This document shows positions 12,790 through 26,650 of a DNA stretch of 64,000 bases, in pieces. This stretch comes from Amphiscolops sp. MND2022. Its lineage: Eukaryota. Within the stretch, counting starts at the first letter, position 1. Each line of letters begins with the position of its first letter. A program made the position numbers and the translations under genes. Below the pieces are notes generated by a model, which saw only the letters and a list, made by a program, of their open reading frames with translations, was not told the DNA's origin and did not search any database. Location: the NCBI GenBank assembly GCA_964187785.1, contig OZ076414.1, positions 29,016,001-29,080,000 of the forward strand, given 5' to 3'.

Positions 12790-14160
12790 ATGATCATGTT
12801 GAACTGATCTGATCTGAACTGAGATGAAGTGATAACTACTACTGCTTTGAATTAAAAGTGGTCAAGTCCCACGCGTTTCAGACTTGACTAACTATCTTTC
12901 GAAGTACACTGTACTATCACTGAATTGAAGCAGATTATGTTGAACTGATCTCATCATCTAATCTGATCTGATCTGATCTGATCTGATCTGAACTGAGATG
13001 AAGTGAAAGTGGTGGTGTTACTTTGAATTAAAAGTGGTCAAGTCCCACGCGTTTCAGACTTGACTAACTATCTTTCGAAGTACACTGTACTATCACTGAA
13101 TTGAAGCAGATTATGTTGAACTGATCTCATCATCTAATCTGATCTGATCTGATCTGATCTGATCTGAACTGAGATGAAGTGAAAGTGGTGGTGTTACTTT
13201 GAATTAAAAGTGGTCAAGTCCCACGCGTTTCAGACTTTGACTAACTATCTTTCGAAGTACACTATACTATCACTGAATTGAAGCAGATTATGTTGAACTG
13301 ATCTCATCATCTAATCTGATCTGATCTGATCTGATCTGATCTGAACTGAGATGAAGTGAAAGTGGTGGTGTTACTTTGAATTAAAAGTGGTCAAGTCCCA
13401 CGCGTTTCAGACTTTGACTAACTATCTTTCGAAGTACACTATACTATCACTGAATTGAAGCAGATTATGTTGAACTGATCTCATCATCTAATCTGATCTG
13501 ATCTGATCTGATCTGATCTGAACTGAGATGAAGTGAAAGTGGTGGTGTTACTTTGAATTAAAAGTGGTCAAGTCCCACGCGTTTCAGACTTTGACTAACT
13601 ATCTTTCGAAGTACACTATACTATCACTGAATTGAAGCAGATTATGTTGAACTGATCTCATCATCTAATCTGATCTGATCTGATCTGATCTGATCTGAAC
13701 TGAGATGAAGTGAAAGTGGTGGTGTTACTTTGAATTAAAAGTGGTCAAGTCCCACGCGTTTCAGACTTTGACTAACTATCTTTCGAAGTACACTATACTA
13801 TCACTGAATTGAAGCAGATTATGTTGAACTGATCTGATCTGAACTGAGATGAGGTGTTTAATACTACTACTTTGAATTAAAAGTGGTCAAGTCCCACGCG
13901 TTTCAGACTTGACTAACTATCTTTCGAAGTACACTGTACTAACACTGAATTGAAGCAGATGATGATCCGATCCGATCCAATCCGATCAGATATGATCTGA
14001 TCTGAACTGAGATGAAGTGTGATGTTTACTTCTACTACTACTACCACTTCTTTTGAATTAAAAGTGGTCAAGTCCCACGCGTTTCAGACTTTGACTAACT
14101 ATCTTTCGAATGAAGATAGATAGTGTGTAAGTAATATCACACTGAATTGAAGCAGATCAA
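12790..14160 (+). repeat. IGS sub-repeat family A, ~176-177 bp, with a (TGATC)n microsatellite
   Basis: tttgaattaaaagtggtcaagtccc at 12846, 13022, 13198, 13375, 13552, 13729, 13871 and 14052; a degenerate copy at 14355. Confidence 0.9.
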
Positions 14161-16387
14161 TCATCAATGATTAGAGTAGAGTAGAGTAGAGTAGAGTAGT
14201 GTAGTGGAGTCACTAACTCTTTCTCTCTTTCATGTAATGTTAAAGTTGAGCAGCTATCTTTGCTGAACACACACACATCATTGGTGGTAGTAGTAGCTAG
14301 CTAGTAGATAGTTGTTGGGAGGTGATGATGAGGTATGGGAGCGTTTGTTGGTTGTTTGAATTAAAAGTGGTCAAGTCCCACGCGTTTTAGACTTGACTAA
14401 CTATCTTTCGAACAACAACTGAACCGATCGACCTCAACCTCAACTTCTACTTGCTCACTTATGTTCTGCTGCTAGCTTACTTACTTACTAACTTAATGTG
14501 TGTGCTAACTTAGTAGTGTGCCAACTTAACATATACATATACAATTTGAATCGAACTTGTTCTCACTCACAACTAGAGTTGAGTTCAAGCTTTACCTTGA
14601 ATCAGCATGCGCTAACAAGCTGCACTGAACTGAACTGAGCTGAGCTGAGCTGAGCTGTGGCTGGATGCTGGTTGTTGACCTAACTTGAGTTGAGTATAGT
14701 TGAGCTTATATCAGACCTGGGTTGTGTTGTCATGATGTGATGATACAGCACTAAGTTGATGTAGCTCCTATCTCTTGATGATTGGATTGATGATCACCTA
14801 CGATTCATTCCTGGCGGTGCTGCTGCTGCTGCTGCGGCTTCTGCGGCTAGAGTTATAGAGGTTAAGGAGTGGAGCTTGAGTTAAAAGTGGTGGCTACCTA
14901 CCTTACCTTCGTGTAAAGTAACGTAACTACTAACTATCTCTCGAGCTAATCTACTGTCCTCATCTCTTCTGGCTCCTCAGGCCGCCGCACGCACCCCCTC
15001 AGGTGTGATAGGTTGATCTTGATCTTAATCGTGAGTTGAGTTGAGTTGAGTTGAGCTGATCAGACCTGAGTTGTGTCTGTCACAATACTAGTTAGAATGT
15101 GTGTTTGCTGAAGTGAGAAGCTTGAGTTAAAAGTGGTAGTTACTTACTTACCTTCGTGTAACGTAGCGTAACTACTAACTATCTCTCTAAGCTAAGCTAA
15201 GCTAAACAAACTATCTCTCTAGTAGCTGATACAACGCTAAGTTGATATAGCTCTAACTCTCTCTCCTCTTCCACTCTCAATCTCTTTGGTGGTTAAAGTG
15301 AAGTGACGTGAAGTGGTGCTTGAGTTAAAAGTGGTAGTTACTTACTTACCTTCGTGTAAACGTAACGTAACTACTAACTATCTCTCAAAGCTAAACTGAG
15401 CTGAGCTACCTTACCTACCTATCTCTCGATGTGAGTTGAGCTGATCAGACCTGAGTTGAGTTGGTTGTGTCTAACTTGAACTGAACTGAACTGAACTGAA
15501 CTGAACTACTCTTTTCACCACTAGTTAGAGTGTCTGTTTGAAGTGTGAAGCTTCTTGAGTTAAAAGTGGTAGTTATGTATATAACTACTAACTATCTCTC
15601 AAGTTTCTCTAACCTAACAACAACCTCTAGTTGTGATGTGATGTGATGTGATGTGATGTGATGTGATGTGATGTGATGTGACACAACGTAACGCAACGCT
15701 AAGTTGATAGTAGCTCCTCTCTCTATTGAGAAGTAGCAAGCAGCAGGTCAACGCTAGCATCACCACCGCCGCTACCAGCAAGCTAACTAACTGACTTACA
15801 GTTATGCGCTACAAGAGCTAGCTGCATGCTCGCTCCTCAGCTACTACACCTCCTCACCCTATATAGCACTTGAAGTAACCTTGACTCTAACCTTGTGCTG
15901 GCTGAATCTTGTGGTGTGTAGCCTGAGTGCAGCAGCAGCAGCGAAAGATAACTTTGCTTTTGCTCTCCACTGACTTACAGCTGCACTTGAATCTTACCTT
16001 ACCACTGCGGGAAGGTGAAAGATGAAGTAGCTTCAGTAAGCAAAGCAAAGCATAGACAACAACTTCAGTGTACTGTAGTACCTTCAGCAGCACTTAGTTT
16101 AAAAGTGGCACCGCACTACTGCAGTGCAGTGCTAACTATCTACTAAGTTGCTCAGGTATATAAGCTGAATGTTGTACCTGAACTTTAGCTAACTCTCATC
16201 TAATGTAACATTATGCGCCGCGCTAAGTTCCGCAACTTGTTAGTTGCTTGTTTTAGTTGTTGCTATAATGTTAAAGTTGGTTGAGTTGTGTAGCTAATGT
16301 GTGTGTGGTTAGCTCTGTAGCTCTGTGCGCTAGCTAACTAACTCTCATCCTTAGCCTAGCTAACATAACTTGCTAACTTCAACCTAC

Positions 16388-16427
<40 letters not shown>

Positions 16428-16899
16428 GTTAGTTGCTTGTTGCTGTAATGTTAAGGTTGAGTTTGAGTTTGTAGCTTGGCAGCACCTGTTTGTTAGTTAG
16501 TTGTGTGGTTATGAGCTCAAAGTTGTTAGTTGGTTGGTTGGTTAGTTTAGTTAGCTAACTCTTAACCTAACTTAACTTAACTTCACTTGCTAAGTGTTAG
16601 TTATATAGTTAAAGTTATGTAGTTGCTACTAGCTAGCTAGCTAGCTAACTTGACTTTTTCCACTGCCACCTGTTCGTTTCGGTGAGAACTTGTTAGCAGC
16701 TGAAATAGCTCACCTCTGAAGTGAAGTTAGTTGTTGAGTTGTCACATAGCTAGCTTAGCTTTCTAGCTAGCTGCTGTAGCTACTAAGTGACAGCAGCTAC
16801 ATTAGCAGCAACAGCAAGGAAGAAGCTAGCTTGACTTTATGCATTTTCATGCTTTCGTTTCGGTGAAAACTTGTAATGCAGCTAACTTCGAGCTAGCTA

Positions 16900-17400
16900 A
16901 CTAACTTAGCCTAGTTGAGCTAGGTTAACCAAGCTAACTTAGCTATGTGAGCTAGTTGAGCTAGGTAACTTAAGCTAACTTAGCTATGTGAGCTAGTTGA
17001 GCTAGGTAACTTAAGCTAACTTAGCTACTTTAGCTAGTTGAGCTAGGTACCTTAGTGAAACTTAGCTACCTTAGCTAGTTGAGCTAGGTTGACCAAGCTA
17101 ACTTAGCTACCTTAGCTAGTTGAGCTAGGTTGACCAAGCTAACTTGGTGAAAATTTTCTAAGTTAGCTCGGTCCTTGAGGAGAAATGGTGAAATGCATTT
17201 TTTTCACCTGCGATCGGACTTCGTTCCGGTTCGACCCTTGTCAGCCAATCACATTGCAGCATTTAGCTAACTTAGCTAACTTAGCTACTTTAGCTAGTTG
17301 ACCAAGCTAACTTAGTCAAACTTAGCTATTTCAGCTAGTTGACCAAGCTAACTTAGCTATTTGAGCTAGTTGAGCTGGGTATTTGAGCTACGTACCTTAA
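16900..17400 (+). repeat. Short AGCT-rich degenerate tandem repeats (agctaacttagct...)
   Basis: Repeated agctagttgagctagg / aagctaacttagcta motifs. Confidence 0.8.
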
Positions 17401-17777
17401 CCCTATAAATTCAACCCTATAGGGTTTGGAGCCGGATTAGGGCCCTGCACCAGGGTTAATTTTGGCAGCTTTAATTTTGGCTAAGTTAACGTTCATAGCT
17501 TGCTTCATAGCTGACCAAGCTAACTCACCTAGCTCACCTAGAGCGGGGAAAGCTAACTCGTGAAAATTTTCCAAGTTAGCTCGGTCCTTGAGGACAATTG
17601 GTGAAATGCATTTTTTTCACCTTTGAACGGACTTCGTTCCGGTGTGAACTTAAGCTAACTAACGAGCTTTCTGATTGGCCGAGAGCCAATTTGGCGCTTT
17701 CGTTCAGGTCCGCCCAAAAAATCAGCCAATCACATTGCAGAGAAATCATATCTCAGCACCTACCCCCCTACCTGAGC

Positions 17778-18000
17778 TGAAATTTTTCTAAGATAGCTCG
17801 ACCTCGACTTTCTTGAGGAAAAATTTTCAAGTCATGAAATTTTTCTAAGATAGCTCGACCTCGACTTTCTTGAGGGAAAAATTTTCAAGTCATGAAATTT
17901 TTCTAAGATAGCTCGACCTCGACTTTCTTGAGGGAAAAATTTTCAAGTCATGAAATTTTTCTAAGATAGCTCGACCTCAACCTTTCTTGAGGAAAAATTT
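17778..18000 (+). repeat. ~60-bp tandem repeat, ~4 copies
   Basis: gaaatttttctaagatagctcgacctc repeated four times. Confidence 0.85.
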
Positions 18001-18034
18001 GAAAGTGTTCAGAATTCGATTTTGAACACTTTGT

Positions 18035-19140
18035 TCAGACTTCGTTCCGGTGTGGACTTAAGCTAATTTTCGAGCTTTCTGATTGGCTGACACAAATTGC
18101 GTTAAAAATGATTTATAAAATCTCGCCAACTAAGCAAGCTACAATGCTCGTTGAGGTCTCGTTGGAAGCGTCTAACTTAGCTGAGCTTGAAAAAGTTCAA
18201 GTTAGGCTGCTGTGAGGTCTGTGAGTTGAGAAAATCACTTTTTTCCGCTTTTTGGCGCTTTCGTTCAGGTCCGCCCACTCTCAGCCAATCAGATTGCAGA
18301 GAATTCATATCTCAGCCCCCAAGTGAGCTACAGCTCTCTACGACCCCTCGTTGGAAAGGTCTTTGGCCACTGAGTATTGTGCTTTTTAAATGAACTAAAT
18401 CGGACCAGTAGAAGTGGAGAACGAAGCTATTGAAATTTTGACATATGATGTTGAAATTTTTCTAAGATAGCTCGACCTTACTTTCTTGAGGGAAAGTCGA
18501 AAAGTCAACTTCACGTACAGAGCTCCGATCGAGCTCGGGTTTGGTGCGTTGTGATCAGCATCGAAAATAAAAATTTTGAAATTTTTTTCGGACCTCGTTT
18601 CGGTGTGGACTTAAGCTAACTAACGAGCGTTCTGATTGGCTGACACAAATTGCGTTAAAAATGATTTATAAAATCTCGCCAACCAAGCAAGCTACAATGC
18701 TCGTTGAGGTCTCGTTGGAAGCGTCTAACTTAGCTGAGCTCGAAAATGTACAAGTTGAGCTGCTGTGACGTCTGTGAGTTGAGAAAATCACTTTTTTCCG
18801 CTTTTTGGCGCTTTCGTTCAGGTCCGCCCACTCTCAGCCAATCAGAAGCGAGAGAATTCATATCTCAGCCCCCAAGTGAGCTACAGCTCTCAACGACCCC
18901 TCGTTGGAAAGGTCTTTGGCCACTGAGTATTGTGCTTTTTAAATGAACTAAATCGGACCAGTAGAAGTGGAGAACGAAGCTGTTGAAATTTTGACATATG
19001 ATGTTGAAATTTTTCTAAGATAGCTCGACCTTACTTTCTTGAGGGAAAGTCGAAAAGTCAACTTCACGTACAGAGCTCCGATCGAGCTCGGGTTTGGTGC
19101 GTTGTGATCAGCATCGAAAATAAAAATTTTGAAATTTTTT
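18035..19140 (+). repeat. ~559-bp tandem duplication in the IGS
   Basis: Near-identical blocks; matching spurious ORFs start at 18187 and 18746 (offset 559). Confidence 0.85.
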
Positions 19141-19215
19141 AAGTTCTCACTATGCGAGAGAGCAATATTCAGGATTTGAACGTGTTTTGCATATATAAGA
19201 GAGGTGTTGTTGAGC
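19139..19215 (+). promoter_or_regulatory. Putative Pol I spacer promoter 1
   Basis: ttaagttctcactatgcgagagagcaa...gaacgtgttttgcatatataagag, near-identical to the block at 21909. Function inferred from position and duplication. Confidence 0.6.
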
Positions 19216-19596
19216 TTCAGGGGTGGTCTCAGCAACCCTCTCCGGGGGTGATCAGGCTAAGTGGAGGGTCTGATCACTGGGTTAGACTTGCAACCTAACC
19301 GATCTGGGGCGGTAAAAACTTGAAGTTTGACCGATCTAACTACTTCGGTTATTGAAGCTGGTCACTATGATCAGAACTGAGATTATAATGAGGTAGATAA
19401 TCGGATCTAACTTACAATGGTGATGAGTTCAATCACAACTGAGTTCGAGCTACTATGTATCTCATCTCTAGCGGTTACTGAAGGTCTCCCAGCCCGAGAC
19501 AACTGAGGTTATAATGCGAAAAGATGATCAAAGATACATTAAAGTAGCTCAATGAAGGTGACTTTGATACTCTGATACCTATACATATCTGATACC

Positions 19597-21150
19597 AAAG
19601 GTCACAACTGAGTTCACTTGAGTGAGTTAGTTCAACTCTAGTTCAGACCTCACCTACTCTGAGGTTGGATCACCTTGGTGACCTTAACCAAAGGTAGACT
19701 GAGACCGAACTTAGATGCGAGCTTCACACTTAAGGTACGAAGGTGATCATCAGATCTAACTTCTAACTTGAAGTCAAAGTTGATCAAAGGTCACAACTGA
19801 GTTCACTTGAGTGAGTTAGTTCAACTCTAGTTCAGACCTCACCTACTCTGAGGTTGGATCACCTTGGTGACCTTAACCAAAGGTAGACTGAGACCGAACT
19901 TAGATGCGAGCTTCACACTTAAGGTACGAAGGTGATCATCAGATCTAACTTCTAACTTGAAGTCAAAGTTGATCAAAGGTCACAACTGAGTTCACTTGAG
20001 TGAGTTAGTTCAACTCTAGTTCAGACCTCACCTACTCTGAGGTTGGATCACCTTGGTGACCTTAACCAAAGGTAGACTGAGACCGAACTTAGATGCGAGC
20101 TTCACACTTAAGGTACGAAGGTGATCATCAGATCTAACTTCTAACATGAAGTCAAAGTTGATCAAAGGTCACAACTGAGTTCACTTGAGTGAGTTAGTTC
20201 AACTCTAGTTCAGACCTCACCTACTCTGAGGTTGGATCACCTTGGTGACCTTAACCAAAGGTAGACTGAGACCGAACTTAGATGCGAGCTTCACACTTAA
20301 GGTACGAAGGTGATCATCAGATCTAACTTCTAACATGAAGTCAAAGTTGATCAAAGGTCACAACTGAGTTCACTTGAGTGAGTTAGTTCAACTCTAGTTC
20401 AGACCTCACCTACTCTGAGGTTGGATCACCTTGGTGACCTTAACCAAAGGTAGACTGAGACCGAACTTAGATGCGAGCTTCACACTTAAGGTACGAAGGT
20501 GATCATCAGATCTAACTTCTAACATGAAGTCAAAGTTGATCAAAGGTCACAACTGAGTTCACTTGAGTGAGTTAGTTCAACTCTAGTTCAGACCTCACCT
20601 ACTCTGAGGTTGGATCACCTTGGTGACCTTAACCAAAGGTAGACTGAGACCGAACTTAGATGCGAGCTTCACACTTAAGGTACGAAGGTGATCATCAGAT
20701 CTAACTTCTAACATGAAGTCAAAGTTGATCAAAGGTCACAACTGAGTTCACTTGAGTGAGTTAGTTCAACTCTAGTTCAGACCTCACCTACTCTGAGGTT
20801 GGATCACCTTGGTGACCTTAACCAAAGGTAGACTGAGACCGAACTTAGATGCGAGCTTCACACTTAAGGTACGAAGGTGATCATCAGATCTAACTTCTAA
20901 CATGAAGTCAAAGTTGATCAAAGGTCACAACTGAGTTCACTTGAGTGAGTTAGTTCAACTCTAGTTCAGACCTCACCTACTCTGAGGTTGGATCACCTTG
21001 GTGACCTTAACCAAAGGTAGACTGAGACCGAACTTAGATGCGAGCTTCACACTTAAGGTACGAAGGTGATCATCAGATCTAACTTCTAACATGAAGTCAA
21101 AGTTGATCAAAGGTCACAACTGAGTTCACTTGAGTGAGTTAGTTCAACTC
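19597..21150 (+). repeat. 189-bp tandem array (8 full copies plus a partial copy) between the spacer promoters; enhancer-like
   Basis: gtcacaactgagttcacttg at 19601, 19790, 19979, 20168, 20357, 20546, 20735, 20924 and 21113. Diverged copies also occur at ~21470-21850. Confidence 0.95.
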
Positions 21151-21260
21151 TAGTTCAGACCGAACTTAGACGCGAGCTACCTTGAGGTACGAAGGTGATC
21201 AGATCTAGCTTGCTTGACTCTAGTTTAACTACCCAGATCGGGTGCTGAAAGAGTGATCTT

Positions 21261-21335
21261 ATTAAGTTCTCACAAAGCGAGAGAGCAAAATACAGAATTT
21301 GAACGTGTTTTGCTTATATAAGAGAGTGGTTGTCG
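21261..21335 (+). promoter_or_regulatory. Putative Pol I spacer promoter 2
   Basis: ttaagttctcacaaagcgagagagcaaaatacagaatttgaacgtgttttgcttatataagag, followed by the same ~95-bp block that follows spacer promoter 1. Confidence 0.6.
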
Positions 21336-21908
21336 AGACTTAGCTCAACTCGGCGACCCTCTCCGGGGGTGATCAGGCTAAGTGGAGGGTCTGATCACTG
21401 GGTTAGACTTGCATCCTAACCAATCTGGGGCGGTAAAAACTTGAAGTTCGACCAAAGAAACTAGCTGATCAGATCAAAGGTCACAACTGAGTTCTCTTGG
21501 GTAGCTTCAACTCTAGTTCAGACCTCACCTACTCTGAGGGGTTAGATCACCACCTAGGTGACCTTAACCGAAGGTAGACCTGAGACCGAACTTAGATGCG
21601 AACTACTCTAAGGTACGAAGGTGATCGGATCTAGCTTGCTGACTCTAGTTTAACTACTCACAGCTGATCAAAGGTCACAACTGAGTTCTCTTGGGTAGCT
21701 TCAACTCTAGTTCAGACCTCACCTACTCTGAGGGGTTAGATCACCACCTAGGTGACCTTAACCGAAGGTAGACCTGAGACCGAACTTAGATGCGAACTAC
21801 TCTAAGGTACGAAGGTGATCGGATCTAGCTTGCTGACTCTAGTTTAACTCAACTCAGAGGCCGACTCTAGTTTAAAGCCTAGATTGGGTGATGTGAAAGT
21901 GGGATCTT

Positions 21909-21985
21909 TTAAGTTCTCACTATGCGAGAGAGCAAAATACAAATTTTGAATGTGTTTTGCATATATAAGAGGTGTGTTGTTCAAA
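21909..21985 (+). promoter_or_regulatory. Putative rRNA gene (Pol I) promoter / transcription start region
   Basis: Last copy of the promoter-like block before the ETS. It contains gcatatataagagg. The TSS is inferred, not demonstrated. Confidence 0.6.
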
Positions 21986-24900
21986 CACCCCTCCCACCTT
22001 ATAGCTCATTAAATCATATCTGTACTCCTGTCACATGAGTATAAACTGGGCAAGGAAGTAGCAAGTACACATCAGGCTCCTGTCATATGAGGGTAAACTG
22101 GGCAAGGAAGTAGCAAGTACACATCAGGCTCCTGTCATATGAGGGTAAACTGGGCAAGCCGCTCTAGTGATCTCAGTGGAGTTACCTAGGACGTTCTATC
22201 TCTGATTCTCTGGCATACCCGACGTTAGATCATCCCTGATGATCACAACTGACAGTATCCTGAGTCTCTAAGTGTGAATACTCCGAGGTGTCTCCTTTGT
22301 ACTGAGTGAAGGGCAAGGGTGTAGCAAGTATACATCAGGCTCCTGTCATATGAGGGTAAACTGGGCAAGCCGCTCTAGTGATCTCAGTGGAGTTACCTAG
22401 GACGTTCTATCTCTGATTCTCTGGCATACCCGACGTTAGATCATCCCTGATGATCACAACTGACAGTATCCTGAGTCTCTAAGTGTGAATACTCCGAGGT
22501 GTCTCCTTTCTACTGAGTGAAGGGCAAGGGTGTAGCAAGTACACACCAGGCTCCTGTCATATGAGGGTAAACTGGGCAAGTAGCAGGGGACTTGATTTGA
22601 TCCCAATGATCTCATATCAGGGATTACAGCGACGCTTAAGTACTAGATCAAGTGTTGTCTGAGTTCTACTAAGACAGTGCGCCACGGTCTAGAGCTTGGG
22701 TTGGAGAGAACACATCTGACGATGTTCCAGCTTAGATTCCCATGCATACCTGACGTTAGATCATCCCTGATGATCGAAACTGACAGTATCATGGATTTCC
22801 TGGGTGTGAACTCGCTCTGAGATATGTTCAAGCTCTGTGTTGCTATTCCTGTGTTGGGTAGGGTGATCATCAGCCCTTGTTTTCGTCATCTAACCTAATG
22901 CTCCTGTCAAATGAGGGTAAACTGGGCAAGCTCGCTCTAGTGATCTCAACAGAGGTAACTTAGGACGTTCTATCTCTGATTCTCTTGCATACCCGACGTT
23001 AGATCATCATCCTTGATGATCACAACTGACAGTATCCTGAGTCTCTTAGTGTGAAAAGAGGTTACTCTGTTGGTGAAGGGCACCATACGCTTAGGACTTA
23101 TACTCCTCGGCCATAAGAGTAATAAACTGGGCAATTAGGGTCTTCCGATGATCTTAGCATTCCAACAGTGAGGTTGACCGGCACCTGTCATACTGTGCTT
23201 AAACTATGGCAACAGTTACAGCGCTTAAGCTCTTGACCAAGTGTTGTCTGAGTTCTACTAAGACAGTGCGTTGCGGTCTTGAGCTTAGGATGGAGAACAC
23301 TTCGTGTTCGCCCTTTATGAAAGTCTGATAGTGATAGCCTCTGAGCAGAACCTAGTACTGACTCAAGGTATTACCTCAAACTGATTAATGTTTGTAGTAG
23401 TAATGCCAAATCCCGAAAGATGGTGAAGTGGTGTAAACCACACATGATCGGCGGAAACTGATGATCTGATCTACGAAAGTACTTTGAATTAAAAGTGGTC
23501 AAGTTTACTTGACTAACTATCTTTCGAAGTATTAGTAAGAGATTTGCACAGTGGAAGCACGATCTTTGACTACAATGATAGTTAATTGAGTGTCGAATCT
23601 GATTCTTCACTCGAAAGTCTCTTGATGAGGCTAACTAATTCAATGAAAGGGTACTGTGGAGCCCAGGAGCGTACAGGTGTGGTGATTGTAACTCGAGGTG
23701 ATTTGACTCTTCAGTTGAACAGATCTTGACGATACACTGCCAACGCGTGGGCGGTGTGGGATCCTGGTCGCATCATGTGAAGTACTCTTATCTACCATCG
23801 GTTATTGCCCTCTGTGGACACGTGAGATCCATGTTTGTAACTCAAGGCAAACATCGATTAACTGTCATGTTAACAGTAGAGTAGAAACTGCGGTTGACTC
23901 TCTTGATTGGCTTTGTGGAGGGTTGTGTAGTGTGAGTCCTAATGCATGTGGTGAAATTCCCTGAGAGGGACGGAGCACCGTGATAGCTTCCTGCCATAGA
24001 CGCAGAGAGAGACGATCTCACGTAATCACTTCCTCGAAGGCATTAGCGATGAACACGAACACTCCCAAAGCGAACTAATTGAGAACATCTAATGGAGACT
24101 GTGTTTGTAACTCGAACCATTTGTGACTCTTTGATTGAACAGATCCTAGCCAAGCAACTAGTCAGGGTTATCACACGCCTTTCTTCTCGAGAGAGGTGAC
24201 TGTGATCGTAACTCCTTAATGTTGTGGTAGCTGAGACAGATCGCATCAATGAAAGTACTCACTTATGGGTCGGTTAACGCACCCATCAGGTGGTGTTAGA
24301 CTGTAACTCTCGCAGATACTACTCTCTGTTATCCTCAGTCAGTTTGATGATGGATGCGTTGGTTAACTAACTCTCGCTGTGTGTCATTGGTGACTGTGTT
24401 TGTAACTCAAGGGTACCCTCGAACTCTTGTTAACATTGTGGCACTGCGGTTGTCCGACACGCTGATGGAGACTGTGTTTGTAACTCGAAATGTGACTCTT
24501 TGACTGAACAGATGATGACGATATACTGCGGACGCGTAGTATGGGATCATGATCGCATCAGTGAAAGTACTCACAGGTCGGTTAACGCACCCATCAGTGT
24601 GTGTAAGACAGTAATTCGCAGATACCCTATGTTACATTAGTTCAGTGCGGATGCCTTGGTTAACACACACCCTGTACCTTCGCGTTACTTTGATCAAAGT
24701 TAGAATGTATTACGGGGTTTTCACAAATGATTAACAATCTTATGATCGACTTCGATCTCAGCAATCTTAGATGTCAACCGAACTGGACCCACCGTTTTCT
24801 ATTATTGCTGGATTGAATCGTGAGGATGCCCTATCATTGTGATACCTTTGCTAATCGTTCGTTGATCAAATCAACCGAGTTTGTTGACTATGAAAACTGA

Positions 24901-25624
24901 TTGCGAATGCTCGGTAGTGACTAGATCTCATCACATGCACGATGCGTGAAATGTTGGCAGTGTGTAACGCATATCTAAATAGACTCAGGTGTGGGCTGGA
25001 CCCCTGGTCTTACCTGGTATGTAACCTCTGTTAACCACTTTCACAAGTCCTGCTATGAGTTGTTTGAATTCTTCGATTGATCGAACTCTGTCTGACGACC
25101 TGTTCAGCTCTATGTGGTGCTTGATTCACATTGTCCATGATCGATTCAACTGTGATTGATTTAGCAGTTAGGCTTAGAATTATGTGGAATACAAATGATG
25201 GTGACACTGTGTTTGTAACTCGACATATGTGACACACTTTTATTGACTGAATTCTGGCGAAGTGACGTACGGCTGATCACATGCACCTCCTCGTGAGTTT
25301 TGTGCTGTGGTTGTAACTCCAAGTTGTGGTAGCGTAAATGGATGAAGTCAATTATGAGGAGTCACTCATATGTCGGTAAATGCAGCAACATCACCTATCA
25401 TATGTACAATAACTGATCTAGCATACTAGGTTGTGAATCAAGTTACCCTGGTTCTGAATATGGAACTGAAGCTTTGTTTGATTGAGAGAGGGAGCGGTCA
25501 CGAAAAGTATCCATCAGTTGGATAAGTGAACATTCTCAACCGATTTGTTCAGACTATGGCTTAGTGACAGGCCTCACAGATGCCTTTCTGTCGAATTAGA
25601 CCTAGCCGCGCTTGAAAGTGGGTA
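21970..25624 (+). other. 5' external transcribed spacer (~3.6 kb) with internal repeats
   Basis: Lies between the last promoter block and the 18S start. Repeated ctcctgtca(t/c)atgag..taaactgggcaag motifs and a ~200-bp duplication at ~22110-22580. Confidence 0.6.
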
Positions 25625-26070
25625 TATCTGATTGATCTCGTCAGACGCATACGCTTAGCTAAAAGATTAAGCCATGCATGTGCAAGTCCTCTTGGAAATA
25701 GTGAGACCGCGAAAAGCTCATTAAATCAGTTACAATCTACTTGCTTCATCTCGTCTTACAAGAATAACCTTGGTAACTCTAAGGCTAATGCTTGCAGAGA
25801 GCGGAAGGGCACTCGGTGCAGTCCAAACAGTTTAACGACAAGGTCGTCACACGGGTCTATTGTAGTCATCGCGCACAGAGTAGTTTGTTAACTGTATAAC
25901 CCCATAAAGTGTACTATTCATACACTAAGGGGGTAGAGCTTTCGAGTTTCTGAGCCATCAACCTAAGATGGTAGTGTAACGGACTACCATGGTTGTGACG
26001 GCTAACGGGGAATCTGGGTTCGATTCCGGAGAGGCAGCCCGAGAAACGGCTACCACATCCAAGGAAGGCA
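25625..26070 (+). rRNA. 18S rRNA, 5' segment (interrupted)
   Basis: Divergent 5' end tatctgattgatc...aaagattaagccatgcatg. Conserved gggttcgattccggagaggcagcccgagaaacggctaccacatccaaggaaggca ends at 26070. Confidence 0.95.
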
Positions 26071-26650
26071 TTAGGCGCGCAGACTAACATTTGGTTAGTC
26101 CTGACTCAGTGCACTACCCGAAATAAGCGGTTTAAGCGGTTAGTATGGGGGGGTTATAACCTCTACACGTGCTGGGCAAAATGGCGCAATAGCGCTTAAA
26201 CCGCTACTATTGCCCAAAATTGCGCAATAGCGGTTAGTATCGCTATTTTGGACTAACTTTCGAGACGATCGTTAGTCGGAAGCGTTAGTCCTGTCAGGTT
26301 TTTTTCAGGAATTCTGCTACTCGTTCAGAAACGGACCCTGAACAAATGACAGAACCTGAAATAAACAATTTTTGTCAGGTTTTACACTGAAAAAGAGTGA
26401 ATTGAATTTGAGAGTTAGCCATTTTTCAGGATGAGACTAACCATCCTAGAAAAACCTGAATTTGGACTAACCATAGTTTTTCCATGTTTAAACATTGTTT
26501 ATACAAGTTTTGTGGAGACTAACTAAACCTGAAGTAGTCGATCTTCAGGTACGGGCTAACTTAACCTGAATGAGTTTGAAGATAGTCCTCTCAATAAAGT
26601 GTAAAGTTCAATTTGCCATTAATTAACAGAGGCTAACTAATCCTGACACT

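Larger units (their letters stand above)
11950..21960 (+). other. rDNA intergenic spacer (IGS)
   Basis: Lies upstream of the ETS/18S and consists of several tandem sub-repeat families, microsatellites and duplicated promoter-like blocks. Boundaries approximate. Confidence 0.75.

Noticed and set aside
19597-21150. Tandem arrays (189 bp, 177 bp, 358 bp) as CRISPR arrays
   Set aside because: Whole units repeat with no unique spacers, the context is eukaryotic rDNA, and there are no cas genes.
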